Position numbers and translations under genes: made by a program. From the IMG/VR virus record IMGVR_UViG_3300029448_000009, positions 1 through 64,000 of that record: a stretch of 64,000 nt of DNA; one strand, written 5' to 3'. Each line of letters starts with the position of its first letter. Position 1 is the first letter of the stretch. The stretch comes from a virus. Below are positions 18,598 to 28,656 of this stretch, piece after piece. The notes beneath the pieces are model-generated. The model saw nothing but the letters and a program-made list of their open reading frames with translations. It made no database searches and had not been told where the DNA came from.

Positions 18598-19410
18598 TTA
18601 TGCTACTAATTCTTTAAGTTTTGCTCTTAATATTGTTAATTTACTAGAATTCTTTTTATCTTTTAAATGTAATATAGCATTCTCTAAAGTATCTCCTAAT
18701 ATTTCATCTATAAAGACAATTTGATTTCCAATTTTTCTTAATATTCCAGCTGAAACCATTTCTTCAATCTCTGCTTTCATACTAAGTTGTTTGTCTGTAG
18801 CAATTTTCAAAAATTTCTTTGGTTGTTTTTCTTTAACATCATACAACATATTTTCTATTTGCTCTCTTGACATGGTATCTGGATTAATATCTGATACTAA
18901 TCTTAATACCCATTTCATTGCTTTTGCATCCGAAGATAGTTTTATAAACTCTTTATCTGCATCCTTTTTAAATTGGACTTGGATATTCTTTTTTAAATCG
19001 TCTTTAGATGTGTCTTGAATATAAAATCTTTTTTTGTAATCTTTGTCCATTTCCTCTTTACTTAAAGCGGTGTGTGGATGTCTAAGTGCAAAATTATATT
19101 TTATAAAATCCATTATTTGTATTGGATTTCCTGATTCATCTTTACCAATTTCGAGTTCAACTCCTTCAAATCCAACTGGTATTGTCAAATCTGCCCAAAA
19201 TGTTTTTGCAAACTTTGGCCATTCATGATTAGCTGGATCAACATCTAATATTCCTTTTAGATATTTTTTTTCATCTTCATAATCAAATCCTTTTAAAGGT
19301 TGTCTGTTTACAAAAACACTACTAAGTTTCATTACTGCCTCAGCTCGCAGTTCTTGAGGTAGAAAAGAATCTACATCTTTTCTCCTAAGAAAAATTTTTT
19401 TACTTGCCAT
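18598..19410 (-). CDS. Conserved crAss-like protein downstream of MCP (gene 75-like)
   Basis: Synteny; FW.DL, PKKFL and ILRK motifs. Confidence 0.6.
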   Translation of the reverse strand: MASKKIFLRRKDVDSFLPQELRAEAVMKLSSVFVNRQPLKGFDYEDEKKYLKGILDVDPANHEWPKFAKTFWADLTIPVGFEGVELEIGKDESGNPIQIMDFIKYNFALRHPHTALSKEEMDKDYKKRFYIQDTSKDDLKKNIQVQFKKDADKEFIKLSSDAKAMKWVLRLVSDINPDTMSREQIENMLYDVKEKQPKKFLKIATDKQLSMKAEIEEMVSAGILRKIGNQIVFIDEILGDTLENAILHLKDKKNSSKLTILRAKLKELVA

Positions 19411-19574
19411 AATTTCAGTTCTTTTTTAATTATTATTAATAGAGAGAAAGAATAATCCCTCCATGTGAAAGCTTTTAGCGGTTGCAGGGGATTAACCCTA
19501 CAACCTAACTAAAAACCAATTTATATAGACTTCACGATGCAACGTGAATATAACATAAGTATCCTTATGTTACT

Positions 19575-21029
19575 CTAGGACGCTGTACACGTAATATCTA
19601 GAGAAGTATCAAATCTTTTCAAAATGATACCAGCTGTTTTTAACATGTGAACAGAAGCACCATCTACATCAGATGCTCTTGCACTTCCTCCGTCAAAACC
19701 TCTAGGCACTACACTACCAGCAACACACCATCTCATCATTTCTCTTCCTTTTTTAGAAAGCATTTGAAGGTTTGCTTGACCGTCATAATTAGACTGATCA
19801 ACAAATACCATTCTGTATGATTCAAGTGAGTAACCAGTTACAGGGTGTTTACCAGCTGCTTGAGCAACAGGACCATGATCAAATAAAGGTAGTTTAACTA
19901 CATTTACTGAATGTCCGTCTACGTGCTCGTAAGAAGTAAAGTACCCAGAAAGTCCTAATGATCTACCTGAACCAGTGATGAACCTATTCTCTCCACCAAC
20001 TTTCCAAGAGCCTGCAGCTGTTGTAAAGTGATTTTTAAGAGCTTCATCAAATTCACGCATACCACCAGTACCTGTATAAAGCGTTACTTGTTTTTTGTTA
20101 GCATCAGTCATACCATAGAATAAATCACCAATAATGTTTTTGATTTTAGTCTCTGTCATTGTAGAGTAAGAATCTTTATTAACGATTTGTTCAAGTAATC
20201 CTGGACCAACAATTACTGGCTGACCATTTTCATCTTTCATGAAAGTGTGTCCGTCAGAATTATATGTTTTTTGTCCGTACCAGTAGAACATCTCACACTC
20301 TTCTTTAAAGTTAAGCATGTGTTGATATTCTTCATAATCCATCCATAATTTTGTAGTCGCTCCTCCTTTAGTAGGTAATCCAAACTCAACTACATAATCT
20401 CGCGCGTGACCAGACATGTGATAAGATTTTCTTACTGTACCAATTTTGTTACGAACTAAAGCTGGAGTTTCCCAGTTTGAAGCGTTTCCTCTTGAGAAAT
20501 CAACTCCTACTGGTGCATACAATTGAGCCCAAAGATCACCTGCAGTAAATCCTGAAGATAATGTTGCACTTGTAGATGGGTTAACTAATTGTAATGTATA
20601 TTTCCAATTTCCTGTTCCTGCTGCTGCTTCTGGTTCTTTCATAATACGTGCTAATTCTCCTGCGGAGTTTACTAGTACGTAAGGAAATACAAACCATTTG
20701 TCAGGAAATTCTAATGTGAAGGTCCCTCCTGCTTGACCTAAGTTTGCACCACTATTTGTCGTTGCTACTGGTCGTGTCTTTCTCTTGTGAGTAGATACAC
20801 GATATTCATATTCCAATCTATCCATTGACTTAACGTTTCCAACCCCTTCCGTCAAGAATGATAGTGGGAATCTTTTATCGTCTTTACCAGCCAAATGTGT
20901 GATAATCGGAGATAATTCAGTAGGCTTTGACATAAGGGCGTTCGCTAGACTGTTCATATCAGTCATTTGAGAATCATTATAAAACGTTTTTACAACGCTA
21001 ATGTTCTTACCTTGTTGTGACATTGCCAT
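19575..21029 (-). CDS. Major capsid protein (crAss-like, HK97 fold)
   Basis: 484 aa; RKSYHMSG, GPGLLEQI, LYTGTGGM and HPVTGYSLESY motifs; follows the acidic scaffold gene. Confidence 0.9.
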   Translation of the reverse strand: MAMSQQGKNISVVKTFYNDSQMTDMNSLANALMSKPTELSPIITHLAGKDDKRFPLSFLTEGVGNVKSMDRLEYEYRVSTHKRKTRPVATTNSGANLGQAGGTFTLEFPDKWFVFPYVLVNSAGELARIMKEPEAAAGTGNWKYTLQLVNPSTSATLSSGFTAGDLWAQLYAPVGVDFSRGNASNWETPALVRNKIGTVRKSYHMSGHARDYVVEFGLPTKGGATTKLWMDYEEYQHMLNFKEECEMFYWYGQKTYNSDGHTFMKDENGQPVIVGPGLLEQIVNKDSYSTMTETKIKNIIGDLFYGMTDANKKQVTLYTGTGGMREFDEALKNHFTTAAGSWKVGGENRFITGSGRSLGLSGYFTSYEHVDGHSVNVVKLPLFDHGPVAQAAGKHPVTGYSLESYRMVFVDQSNYDGQANLQMLSKKGREMMRWCVAGSVVPRGFDGGSARASDVDGASVHMLKTAGIILKRFDTSLDITCTAS

Positions 21030-21058
21030 AATTTATTATTTTTTTAAAAGTTAATAGG

Positions 21059-22213
21059 TTAAAACAAATCTAAATTTAAATCATCAATATCTACATCTGA
21101 ATACTTTGGTGTTCTTTTGGCAGATTTACTGCTTTTAACACGTTCCTTGCTACTTACTATTTTATCTTTTAAAGTACGCGTACTTTTTGTTCTAGCTTTT
21201 ATGTCTATCATCTTTTCTAGATTAAAACCCTTAAACATTAAATAGTCAATTGCAAGTTTAGTATCCATATCAGATTCTGTATGGTCTAAATCTCTTTGCG
21301 TGTAACCTTCTTTGGTTACAGGTTTAGAAAGATAATCAAAAAATTTATTTTTTTCTCTTTCTGGGACCGCAAGCCCTTTAAAACTTTGTGATGTATCTAT
21401 GGTTTCATAAACACCATCCCAAAACTTTTTTTGTTCTTCTTTAGCTTTTATCTGCTCTTGCTTTTGTTGTTCAACAGCATTTTTTCGATAAGTAGCTTGA
21501 GAACTAACTAATGCTTTTTGTGCATTAACTGCTTTATTATAAAGTTTACCGTTGTCTTCATAATCTTCTAACAACTCATTAATAAACTCACTATCATGAC
21601 CTTTAGTTTTAAAATATTCTGCTAAAAAATATTTTTGAACTTGTGTGTCATCTTGAGACATCTTAACTCTAGAGTAATCCGATCTAGGATCATGCATACC
21701 CATAAAATCTTGACTTTTACCTCCTGACATTACGTATTCCATGTGATCTTTAACTAATGGAAACTGTTCAAATAATTTATCTAGATTTTCATCTGCCATT
21801 TGAACACCAATGTCTTTTGTTAATTCTACTAAACCTTCAGTAGTATCATCATATTTGTCATCAACGTCATATCCAAGTTTTGCTAAGACTGCTCCTACAA
21901 TTGTATCATCTTCTACTCTTTCTGCCTCAACTTCATCAGTCTCTTTTGAAACTTCTGTCTTTTTTGTCTTTTTAGAAACTGGTTTCTTAACCTCTTCATC
22001 CTCTTCTTCTTGTTCCTCTTCTTCTTGTTTAGAAGCAGCGTCATCATCAAGATTAGCTTCTGCCAAAATTTGATCACTCTTTTCTTCACCTTCTTCTAGT
22101 TTAGGTTCAACTTCTATAGGTTCTGCAGTTTCAACTGCGTCTTCAATACCTTCTCCTAACATATCGTCAAAAGAAATATCATCTATGTTTATTTTTTTAT
22201 CATCTGTACTCAT
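21059..22213 (-). CDS. Capsid scaffolding protein (crAss gene 77-like)
   Basis: Highly acidic N-half, coiled-coil C-half, immediately upstream of MCP. Confidence 0.7.
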   Translation of the reverse strand: MSTDDKKINIDDISFDDMLGEGIEDAVETAEPIEVEPKLEEGEEKSDQILAEANLDDDAASKQEEEEQEEEDEEVKKPVSKKTKKTEVSKETDEVEAERVEDDTIVGAVLAKLGYDVDDKYDDTTEGLVELTKDIGVQMADENLDKLFEQFPLVKDHMEYVMSGGKSQDFMGMHDPRSDYSRVKMSQDDTQVQKYFLAEYFKTKGHDSEFINELLEDYEDNGKLYNKAVNAQKALVSSQATYRKNAVEQQKQEQIKAKEEQKKFWDGVYETIDTSQSFKGLAVPEREKNKFFDYLSKPVTKEGYTQRDLDHTESDMDTKLAIDYLMFKGFNLEKMIDIKARTKSTRTLKDKIVSSKERVKSSKSAKRTPKYSDVDIDDLNLDLF

Positions 22214-22235
22214 TGGTTGTCTGTTTTTAGTATTA

Positions 22236-22307
22236 CAAAAATACTTATTATTAATTGGTTTTTATTATTAAAAATGTATTTAGAGTGCCTCTTTAATATA
22301 TAACACT
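22236..22307 (-). promoter_or_regulatory. Composite late promoter: AGTGTTATAT element plus Bacteroidota -7 box TATTTTTG
   Basis: Plus-strand caaaaata 22236-22243 and taacact 22301-22307; identical spacing at 25115-25186. Confidence 0.65.
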
Positions 22308-22771
22308 TATTTTTTATTAAAAGATTTCATCTTTTCTAAATCCCATTTATACCCACCTTCTTTTTTAAGATAGTCTTTAAGATAGTTATCAGCATAGTTA
22401 TTATCTAACTTATACCCACCATCTTTATATTGTCCAGGATTTTCTAATGTTGTTTCTACTCTTTCTCCTGTAGGCATGTTTCCTGCTGTCTCTGATCCAT
22501 AACTTTGTACTAATTGTTGTGACGGAGCAGCATTTTCCTGTTCTATTGTATTTTGATTATTTAACATTGGGGGCATTGCATCTGGCCCCATCTCTACAGC
22601 TGCAGGTGATGATTGTGGTGCATTTTCAGGTTGTATTTCTGGCATGCTTAAATTAGGATCTTGTTCTGGGTTTGGATCATTAGCTATAAATAACTCTGTA
22701 AAAGATCCTTTGTACCCTTCACTGTAAGCTTGTTTCATAAGCTGTATTTTTTCTTTACTAGTTAGAGGCAT
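22307..22771 (-). CDS. Small low-complexity virion-associated protein with KxGGYK repeats
   Basis: P/Q/N-rich; KDGGYK and KEGGYK; lies between portal and scaffold. Confidence 0.5.
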   Translation of the reverse strand: MPLTSKEKIQLMKQAYSEGYKGSFTELFIANDPNPEQDPNLSMPEIQPENAPQSSPAAVEMGPDAMPPMLNNQNTIEQENAAPSQQLVQSYGSETAGNMPTGERVETTLENPGQYKDGGYKLDNNYADNYLKDYLKKEGGYKWDLEKMKSFNKK

Positions 22772-25091
22772 CTTTTTTAGTTTTTTGAGTTAATGCTTTT
22801 TCTTTTAATTTTAAATCTTTATCTTTTCTTTGTCCATCTGCTCTTGCTCCACCCATTTTCATTTCCTGCTCAGATTTAATTAATTGTTCTTTTGCTGTAT
22901 TAGATCTTATTTTTTCTTCGTTAGCTCTTTGTTTAATAGAAAGATCTTTTTCTTTAAAAGATGCGTTTCTCATTTCTTTATCTAAATTAAATTGGTCAGA
23001 CATTAATCTAGATTCAGCTGCAATTTTTGCAACTTGAATTTTAACATTTCTATCTGCTTCTTTATTCATGTTTTCATTTTCTAACTCTTGAGCTTTTAAT
23101 TGTGCATCTTGTTGTGCTTGTTGAGCCTGTGATTCTTGCTGAGCTTGAGCTAATTGTTGTTGAGCTTTTTCTGCATCTCTAATTTTATGTTTTATTTCTG
23201 TAAAGCTATCTGCATCTACCATTTCAGCAATAGTAGAAGCTGGCACCCCGTTTTGTACCATTGATTGTGACAATTGTTTAAGTGTATCTAATTTATCTTG
23301 ATCTTTACCAGAATCAGAAACAAATATTCCATACTCAGCTTCTAAATGATCCATAGCATCTACATCAAAAAATTCTGTAGTACCATCTGACATTACATAC
23401 ATTCCTTTTTTACCTGCAATCCAAGCTTCTTTAGAATAATCTAATAATGCTTGCATATCTCTTTGTTCTAATCTAGCAAATTTTCTAAATAGATCTTCTG
23501 TAATATGTGATGATTGTACAATAGCTTGTTGCGAAGTTGCTTTACCTTCATACGCACCTACCTGTCCTTGCCTTTGTCTATTTACACCAGATACTTTTTC
23601 CCATTCTAACATTATAGATTCTAGTAATTGTATATACTGTGCAATAGTTTTAATAGACATATCAAGCACAGATTGATGTTGTGGAGATAATTGTATTCCT
23701 TCTTTATTGTAATCTACCCACGCAATACCTGTACCTTCTACATAATACATAAACTTATCTAAGTCCCATTTCTTTGGAATCATGTTAATATCAAATTGTG
23801 CAATAATATCTTTTGATTTTGCAATTGATAATTCTAGTCTGTATTTGTAGATGTTATAATTTAATTGATATGGAATACCTAGTGATACTAAAGAAATATT
23901 TTTAGCATTAAGATCAGAATACTTTCTACCATTTATTGGGAGCTTACATTTAGATGGGTTATCCATTGATGTTCTTTGATTTTCTACAGGTTGCATATTT
24001 ACATACAATCTACCATCAATTCTAGTTCCTTCCCAAACTTCATTTACCCATTCATACTCTACTTTAGATCCTGTATCTTTCATTTCTTTAGGCATTCTGT
24101 AAGTTTCATCAACTTGCATTTCTTCTAAAGTCCCAGTTTCTGGATCAATGTAACTTAAAAATCCTATTCTTTTTCTACTCTTCCAATATACAGATACAAC
24201 TTCAATTAATCTTTCTCTGTACATTTCTCTATCATCTGCTCTTGAACTAACTGTTAAGTATGAATCCATACTTGCATTTTCAGGTTCTTCTAAAGATAAT
24301 ATCTCTTCGTCATTTAAATAATCTCTGTAATAATCTATTATTGTAGATGCATGTACATATTTTCTAACTAAAGCCCAATCCCCATCTTCTACAAAATCAA
24401 GATCTGGATCTTTATCATAATCTATATCTAAAGGATTTAATATATCATAAAATGGTTCATTATTACGAACCCCTCTCCAAGTATATACTTCTCCAGATAT
24501 TAAATAATGAAACCAAGCTTTTTGAAACTTATCATAAATTTCTTGGTCTTGCATTATAAAATTTAAAGATTGTTGTCCTTTTAAAGCCCTGTTATCTACA
24601 TATGTTTTATCAAACATAGCTGCAATTTCAGCTGGAGCTTGCACTTCTTCGCTAGGAGATCCTGTTTCAATTCCCTGCTCATTTAATACATTGACAAATT
24701 GTTGTTGTAGATTTTTTACAATTAATTCTTGCTTTGCTTTTTCTTTTTGAGTAACAGCATCAGCATTTTGTACGGTAACGGTGTAATTAAGGGGTCTTTT
24801 AGACTTTTCACCTAAAAGCAGATCGATTATAGGCTTAATAATAGGATAGTTACGCATTTTAGAGGGGAAATTATCCCTAGTTTTACCGTAGGGTTTTAAC
24901 ACGTATCTGTAATCTGCATCATCAATTACACCGTTGTAATAGTCATATAGGCTCTTTAGCCAGTCACGCCTTTCGCTATAACCAGCTGTGGAAAGATCTA
25001 TGTATGCCTCTACGCATGCTTCTCTCCATTTTTTATCTTTCTTTTTTATAGATAATTTTTGTTGTGGAATCTTATTAGAACCTAAATACAT
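22758..25091 (-). CDS. Portal protein
   Basis: 777 aa; YPIIKPIIDLLLGE and SGVNRQRQG motifs, Q-rich C-terminal coiled coil; follows TerL. Confidence 0.9.
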   Translation of the reverse strand: MYLGSNKIPQQKLSIKKKDKKWREACVEAYIDLSTAGYSERRDWLKSLYDYYNGVIDDADYRYVLKPYGKTRDNFPSKMRNYPIIKPIIDLLLGEKSKRPLNYTVTVQNADAVTQKEKAKQELIVKNLQQQFVNVLNEQGIETGSPSEEVQAPAEIAAMFDKTYVDNRALKGQQSLNFIMQDQEIYDKFQKAWFHYLISGEVYTWRGVRNNEPFYDILNPLDIDYDKDPDLDFVEDGDWALVRKYVHASTIIDYYRDYLNDEEILSLEEPENASMDSYLTVSSRADDREMYRERLIEVVSVYWKSRKRIGFLSYIDPETGTLEEMQVDETYRMPKEMKDTGSKVEYEWVNEVWEGTRIDGRLYVNMQPVENQRTSMDNPSKCKLPINGRKYSDLNAKNISLVSLGIPYQLNYNIYKYRLELSIAKSKDIIAQFDINMIPKKWDLDKFMYYVEGTGIAWVDYNKEGIQLSPQHQSVLDMSIKTIAQYIQLLESIMLEWEKVSGVNRQRQGQVGAYEGKATSQQAIVQSSHITEDLFRKFARLEQRDMQALLDYSKEAWIAGKKGMYVMSDGTTEFFDVDAMDHLEAEYGIFVSDSGKDQDKLDTLKQLSQSMVQNGVPASTIAEMVDADSFTEIKHKIRDAEKAQQQLAQAQQESQAQQAQQDAQLKAQELENENMNKEADRNVKIQVAKIAAESRLMSDQFNLDKEMRNASFKEKDLSIKQRANEEKIRSNTAKEQLIKSEQEMKMGGARADGQRKDKDLKLKEKALTQKTKKDASN

Positions 25092-25114
25092 ATACTATAC
25101 TATTAACCTATCCA

Positions 25115-25186
25115 CAAAAATAAGTAAAATTAAACACTTTTTCTATATCTATAAACATTTTTTAGTTTTCTTTATAATATAACACT
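25115..25186 (-). promoter_or_regulatory. Composite late promoter upstream of portal
   Basis: caaaaata 25115-25122 and taacact 25180-25186; same 65-nt offset as at 22236. Confidence 0.65.
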
Positions 25187-27149
25187 AATAACGATTGTTA
25201 TCAAACCATTCTGCAGATGCATTGTCTTCTAATATCTCTTTAACCTCAGAATTATACATTTCTCTGGTGTGGTACATCCCAACCATTAACGACATAGCAC
25301 GGTCAAAATTGCCTTTATGATTAAATTTAATTAGCTCTTGTAATAATGCTAAATCATATATTTTATGCATGTTTAATACTTGTGTCCCATCTTCATTTGT
25401 AGATCTAGTGGTATTTAACCAATCTCTTATATATATTTCACCTTGTCTTTTTCTAGCTTCTGTCATATGCATCCCATACTGACGTTTTACTTTTTTAGAT
25501 CTTAAGTCTTTTTTATCTAACATCTCAAACTCTTCTTGTAGTCTATGTAGCTTTCTATGTCTACGTGCATATGCAATTACTTCACCACGATCATTCTCAA
25601 ATCCTATTCTAGCATTATAATAATCTGCTAACATAAATAAATTTTTATTAAACTCGTCTTGTGAATGTGGACGTGCTACATAACTAGCAACTATCATATC
25701 ATCTGGAGATGATATATTATTTACACGCTTTATAACATATGCAGATCCTAAAGATGATGAATCTGCAGATTGAGATTGAGCATAAGGATCATGACAAATA
25801 ATATACATGTTTACAGGAACCTGTTGATCTATTGTTTTGTATGGGGGTTCGTATATAGTTACACATCCCTCTAAATTATCTTCTTTTCTATGTGGAAATC
25901 TAAGTATAGGTCTTGCATCTCCATCTAACTTAAATTTAATTTCCCCATTATAGGCATAATATAAAGATCCATTATTACCCATAGCATGTAGATTATTTAC
26001 TTTAACATTATTGTATTGTTCTTGCAAAGATGCAATATCAAATAAGTTAGATGATATTTGTAAAGTAGCTTCTCGTGGATTTAACGGGTGCTCTGCTATA
26101 TATTGATCATAAGCTTTTGGATCATTTGTACCTTTTTTCTTATTTCTATTTTCTTCTTCAAATTCAACTGCTTCATGCTTTATACTGTTACCATCTTTAT
26201 CAATAAACCCTTCTAAGTTTTCATATATAGGAATAAAGTAACCACATTGTGTACCTCCACCTCCAGCATCCCAAACATTATCAAATGCTAAGCAATCATA
26301 TGATTCTGGGTTATAAAATAACTCCTCCATTCCTGCAAAGTCTGAACCTTCTGTACCACCTGTCCCAAATGCTACCATAGTTCCTAAAGTTTTAGATCCT
26401 TGACGCATAGTTGGCATAGTAACTTCCCAAGCTTTTAATAATCCTGGAAAACTACCTGCCTCTTCAAAGAATATAAGCTCTCCAGCTTTACCCCTCACTT
26501 TATCAGGAGCGTCTTTCAGCGATACGCCCATTATTTGGCTTTTCATTCCTAACTCTACGTCCGCTCCGTTTACATTTTTCTTATATCCAGACACTTTAAT
26601 CATTTCCCTATCTCTTAATCTAGGTTGTGTCCATGCTGTATTGTTATCTACAAAAGATAATATATCCCAAGCTTTTGATAATAATCCATCCCCAATTAAA
26701 TATTCTTTTTGACTGGCGAATACAAAATTTTTACTATTTCTTATATGAAAATAGTTTCTAGCAAGCATAGCAGCAGCTTTGTAAGAATATCCCTTACGTC
26801 TAGCTTTTAAAACAATCATATGTTTGTTTTCTTTTCTTGCTCGATCTATAGAATTAAAATATTTCCAGTCACCATCGTAGAATGCTGGAAATGTTCTTTC
26901 TCTTCTTGCTATAATTGTACCATCTGGGAGTTCCTCATCAACAGATCTGTCAATAGGACAATAATTTAAATAAAAATAATGATTTCCTGTAATAGATAAA
27001 TTACCGTAGCTATAACCATACAAACACCTATGCCTTTCTTCGTCCCAAAACTCATAATAATCTTTAGTGCCAGGAATAGCAAAAGTATAAGTCCCATTTT
27101 TAATAAAACTTAAAGCTGCAGGTCTAAGTTTGTCTGTGTTTTTAAGCAT
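25185..27149 (-). CDS. terL: Terminase large subunit
   Basis: Walker A LKARRKGYS, Walker B LIFFEEAG, FGTGG coupling motif, RNase H-like HDPY and GNFDR. Confidence 0.93.
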   Translation of the reverse strand: MLKNTDKLRPAALSFIKNGTYTFAIPGTKDYYEFWDEERHRCLYGYSYGNLSITGNHYFYLNYCPIDRSVDEELPDGTIIARRERTFPAFYDGDWKYFNSIDRARKENKHMIVLKARRKGYSYKAAAMLARNYFHIRNSKNFVFASQKEYLIGDGLLSKAWDILSFVDNNTAWTQPRLRDREMIKVSGYKKNVNGADVELGMKSQIMGVSLKDAPDKVRGKAGELIFFEEAGSFPGLLKAWEVTMPTMRQGSKTLGTMVAFGTGGTEGSDFAGMEELFYNPESYDCLAFDNVWDAGGGGTQCGYFIPIYENLEGFIDKDGNSIKHEAVEFEEENRNKKKGTNDPKAYDQYIAEHPLNPREATLQISSNLFDIASLQEQYNNVKVNNLHAMGNNGSLYYAYNGEIKFKLDGDARPILRFPHRKEDNLEGCVTIYEPPYKTIDQQVPVNMYIICHDPYAQSQSADSSSLGSAYVIKRVNNISSPDDMIVASYVARPHSQDEFNKNLFMLADYYNARIGFENDRGEVIAYARRHRKLHRLQEEFEMLDKKDLRSKKVKRQYGMHMTEARKRQGEIYIRDWLNTTRSTNEDGTQVLNMHKIYDLALLQELIKFNHKGNFDRAMSLMVGMYHTREMYNSEVKEILEDNASAEWFDNNRY

Positions 27150-27436
27150 TTAGATTTTAGTTTATTTAATTCTGCACATTTTTCGTACTGTTCTAACTCT
27201 TCAAAATGACTAATTAATAATTCTAATGTACCCCCATCCCTACCATCACTGGATATAGGATCAAAAGGTAAAAAGAATTCTGTATAATCATCATTTTCTA
27301 ACTCTAAATAAATATCATCTAATGTTTTTCTTTTTGTAACAATTAAAAAAGCATTGTCCATTGATTTATTGTAATCCTCTAAATCTTCTAGGAACTTCAT
27401 CTGACTATCGTTTTCCTCCATCATACTCCACTGCAT
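27110..27436 (-). CDS. Hypothetical protein with UVR-like C-terminal helix pair
   Basis: FEELEQYEKCAELNKL; true start uncertain. Confidence 0.5.
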   Translation of the reverse strand: MQWSMMEENDSQMKFLEDLEDYNKSMDNAFLIVTKRKTLDDIYLELENDDYTEFFLPFDPISSDGRDGGTLELLISHFEELEQYEKCAELNKLKSKCLKTQTNLDLQL

Positions 27437-27776
27437 AGCCTTCCTCTATTAATTGATCATTCACACAAACTTTAGTTATAGTTTCTCTTCCAGAAAGTTT
27501 ACTAATGTGTAATTTTCCTAAAACCCTGCCGTATTTTCCTATGTCTTGAGATTCTAATTCAAATTCATTAGCAGATCCTTCTAACATTTCTTTTAGTCTA
27601 GCTTTAGAAGCTAATCCCATCTTTTTTTCTGCTAAGTTTCTTGTTCTAGATTCTGGTGCATTAATACCAGACAATCTAATTCTTTTTTTGATCTTAATGT
27701 CAAATCCTAAATCTATTTCAGCGTCTATAGTATCACCATCAACTATTTTAACAACTGTTGCGTTATATGTATACAT
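27405..27776 (-). CDS. Thermonuclease (SNase) family nuclease
   Basis: KIVDGDTID, RIRLSGINAPE and GKYGRVLG motifs; start reassigned to MYTYNA. Confidence 0.85.
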   Translation of the reverse strand: MYTYNATVVKIVDGDTIDAEIDLGFDIKIKKRIRLSGINAPESRTRNLAEKKMGLASKARLKEMLEGSANEFELESQDIGKYGRVLGKLHISKLSGRETITKVCVNDQLIEEGYAVEYDGGKR

Positions 27777-27786
27777 TTTTTTCTTT

Positions 27787-27951
27787 TTATTTCCACAATT
27801 CAAACCCGCAATTAAGAATCATAATTCTATGTTCTTTAATATCAAAGTTTAAATAAATTTCTAAGACGGTTAAAAAACCTAACCTTATTGTGAATTCAAA
27901 GATACTACTTTTTTTACGACTTTTCCAAGAGTTTATCCAATCTATTTTCAT
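27787..27951 (-). CDS. Small hypothetical protein (54 aa, not in the ORF track)
   Basis: Manual translation MKIDWINSWKSRKKSSIFEFTIRLGFLTVLEI...CGFELWK; start overlaps the upstream stop. Confidence 0.55.
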   Translation of the reverse strand: MKIDWINSWKSRKKSSIFEFTIRLGFLTVLEIYLNFDIKEHRIMILNCGFELWK

Positions 27952-28454
27952 TACTGACTATATTTATTTGTTATTACGCCTCCTCTATTTTGATTTGCAG
28001 CTTGTTCTTCTTTCTTAACTAATTCTTCTAATTTAGATAAGCCAGACACTACATCACCCATCTTAGATAGGTTAGCAACTAGATCTTTAGCTGTAAAAAT
28101 AGGTTTACCATTATCATCCATTAAAGTTAAATCTATATCTCTAAAATATTGTTCTAATTTAGTTACAGATAATCTTGCAGATTTTAATAGCTTAACAGCA
28201 GAGGTTTCTGCTAATTCTTTATACTTGTCACAAGCAGCATTTATTTTACTGCTTATTTTATGTTCTGTTTTAAAAATACTTTTTATTACTTCTTCCTTTC
28301 TTTTTTCTTCATCATAAACACAAAATGGGGAATTATGATCGCACATAAAATATACATACGATAATTCTAAAATTGACAAACTTTTAAATTCTAAAATTGT
28401 CAATGCATACGCAGAAGGTATTACATTATTATTATCTATCGTTAGTAGATCCAT
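27951..28454 (-). CDS. Conserved crAss-like protein, possible terminase small subunit
   Basis: Helical 167-aa ORF with DDNGKP motif, upstream of TerL; function inferred from position. Confidence 0.45.
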   Translation of the reverse strand: MDLLTIDNNNVIPSAYALTILEFKSLSILELSYVYFMCDHNSPFCVYDEEKRKEEVIKSIFKTEHKISSKINAACDKYKELAETSAVKLLKSARLSVTKLEQYFRDIDLTLMDDNGKPIFTAKDLVANLSKMGDVVSGLSKLEELVKKEEQAANQNRGGVITNKYSQ

Positions 28455-28656
28455 TTTTTGTTAAGTATTTTAATCGATTTTTATTTACATGAAATTTACC
28501 AAAGTATGGTAATCTAATAGTTTTAAATTTACCTTCATTTATTATATTAGATACAAATTTAAATTGATGCATTACAATATTTTCTATTGTTTGCAATGGA
28601 AGATTATATTTATTTGCTAGTTTTTGAATTATTATCTTCTGGGTTTTCTGCATCAT
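28432..28656 (-). CDS. HU/IHF-like DNA-binding protein
   Basis: IIQKLANKYNL...IRLPYFGKFHV pattern. Confidence 0.7.
   Translation of the reverse strand: MMQKTQKIIIQKLANKYNLPLQTIENIVMHQFKFVSNIINEGKFKTIRLPYFGKFHVNKNRLKYLTKNGSTNDR

Noticed and set aside
19521-19577. Possible TAG read-through extension of MCP stimulated by the adjacent hairpin
   Set aside because: Read-through meets TAA after only 17 more codons and does not reach a downstream domain
25108-25116. DnaA-box-like CTATCCACA next to the portal promoter
   Set aside because: Single copy with a mismatch; not distinguishable from chance
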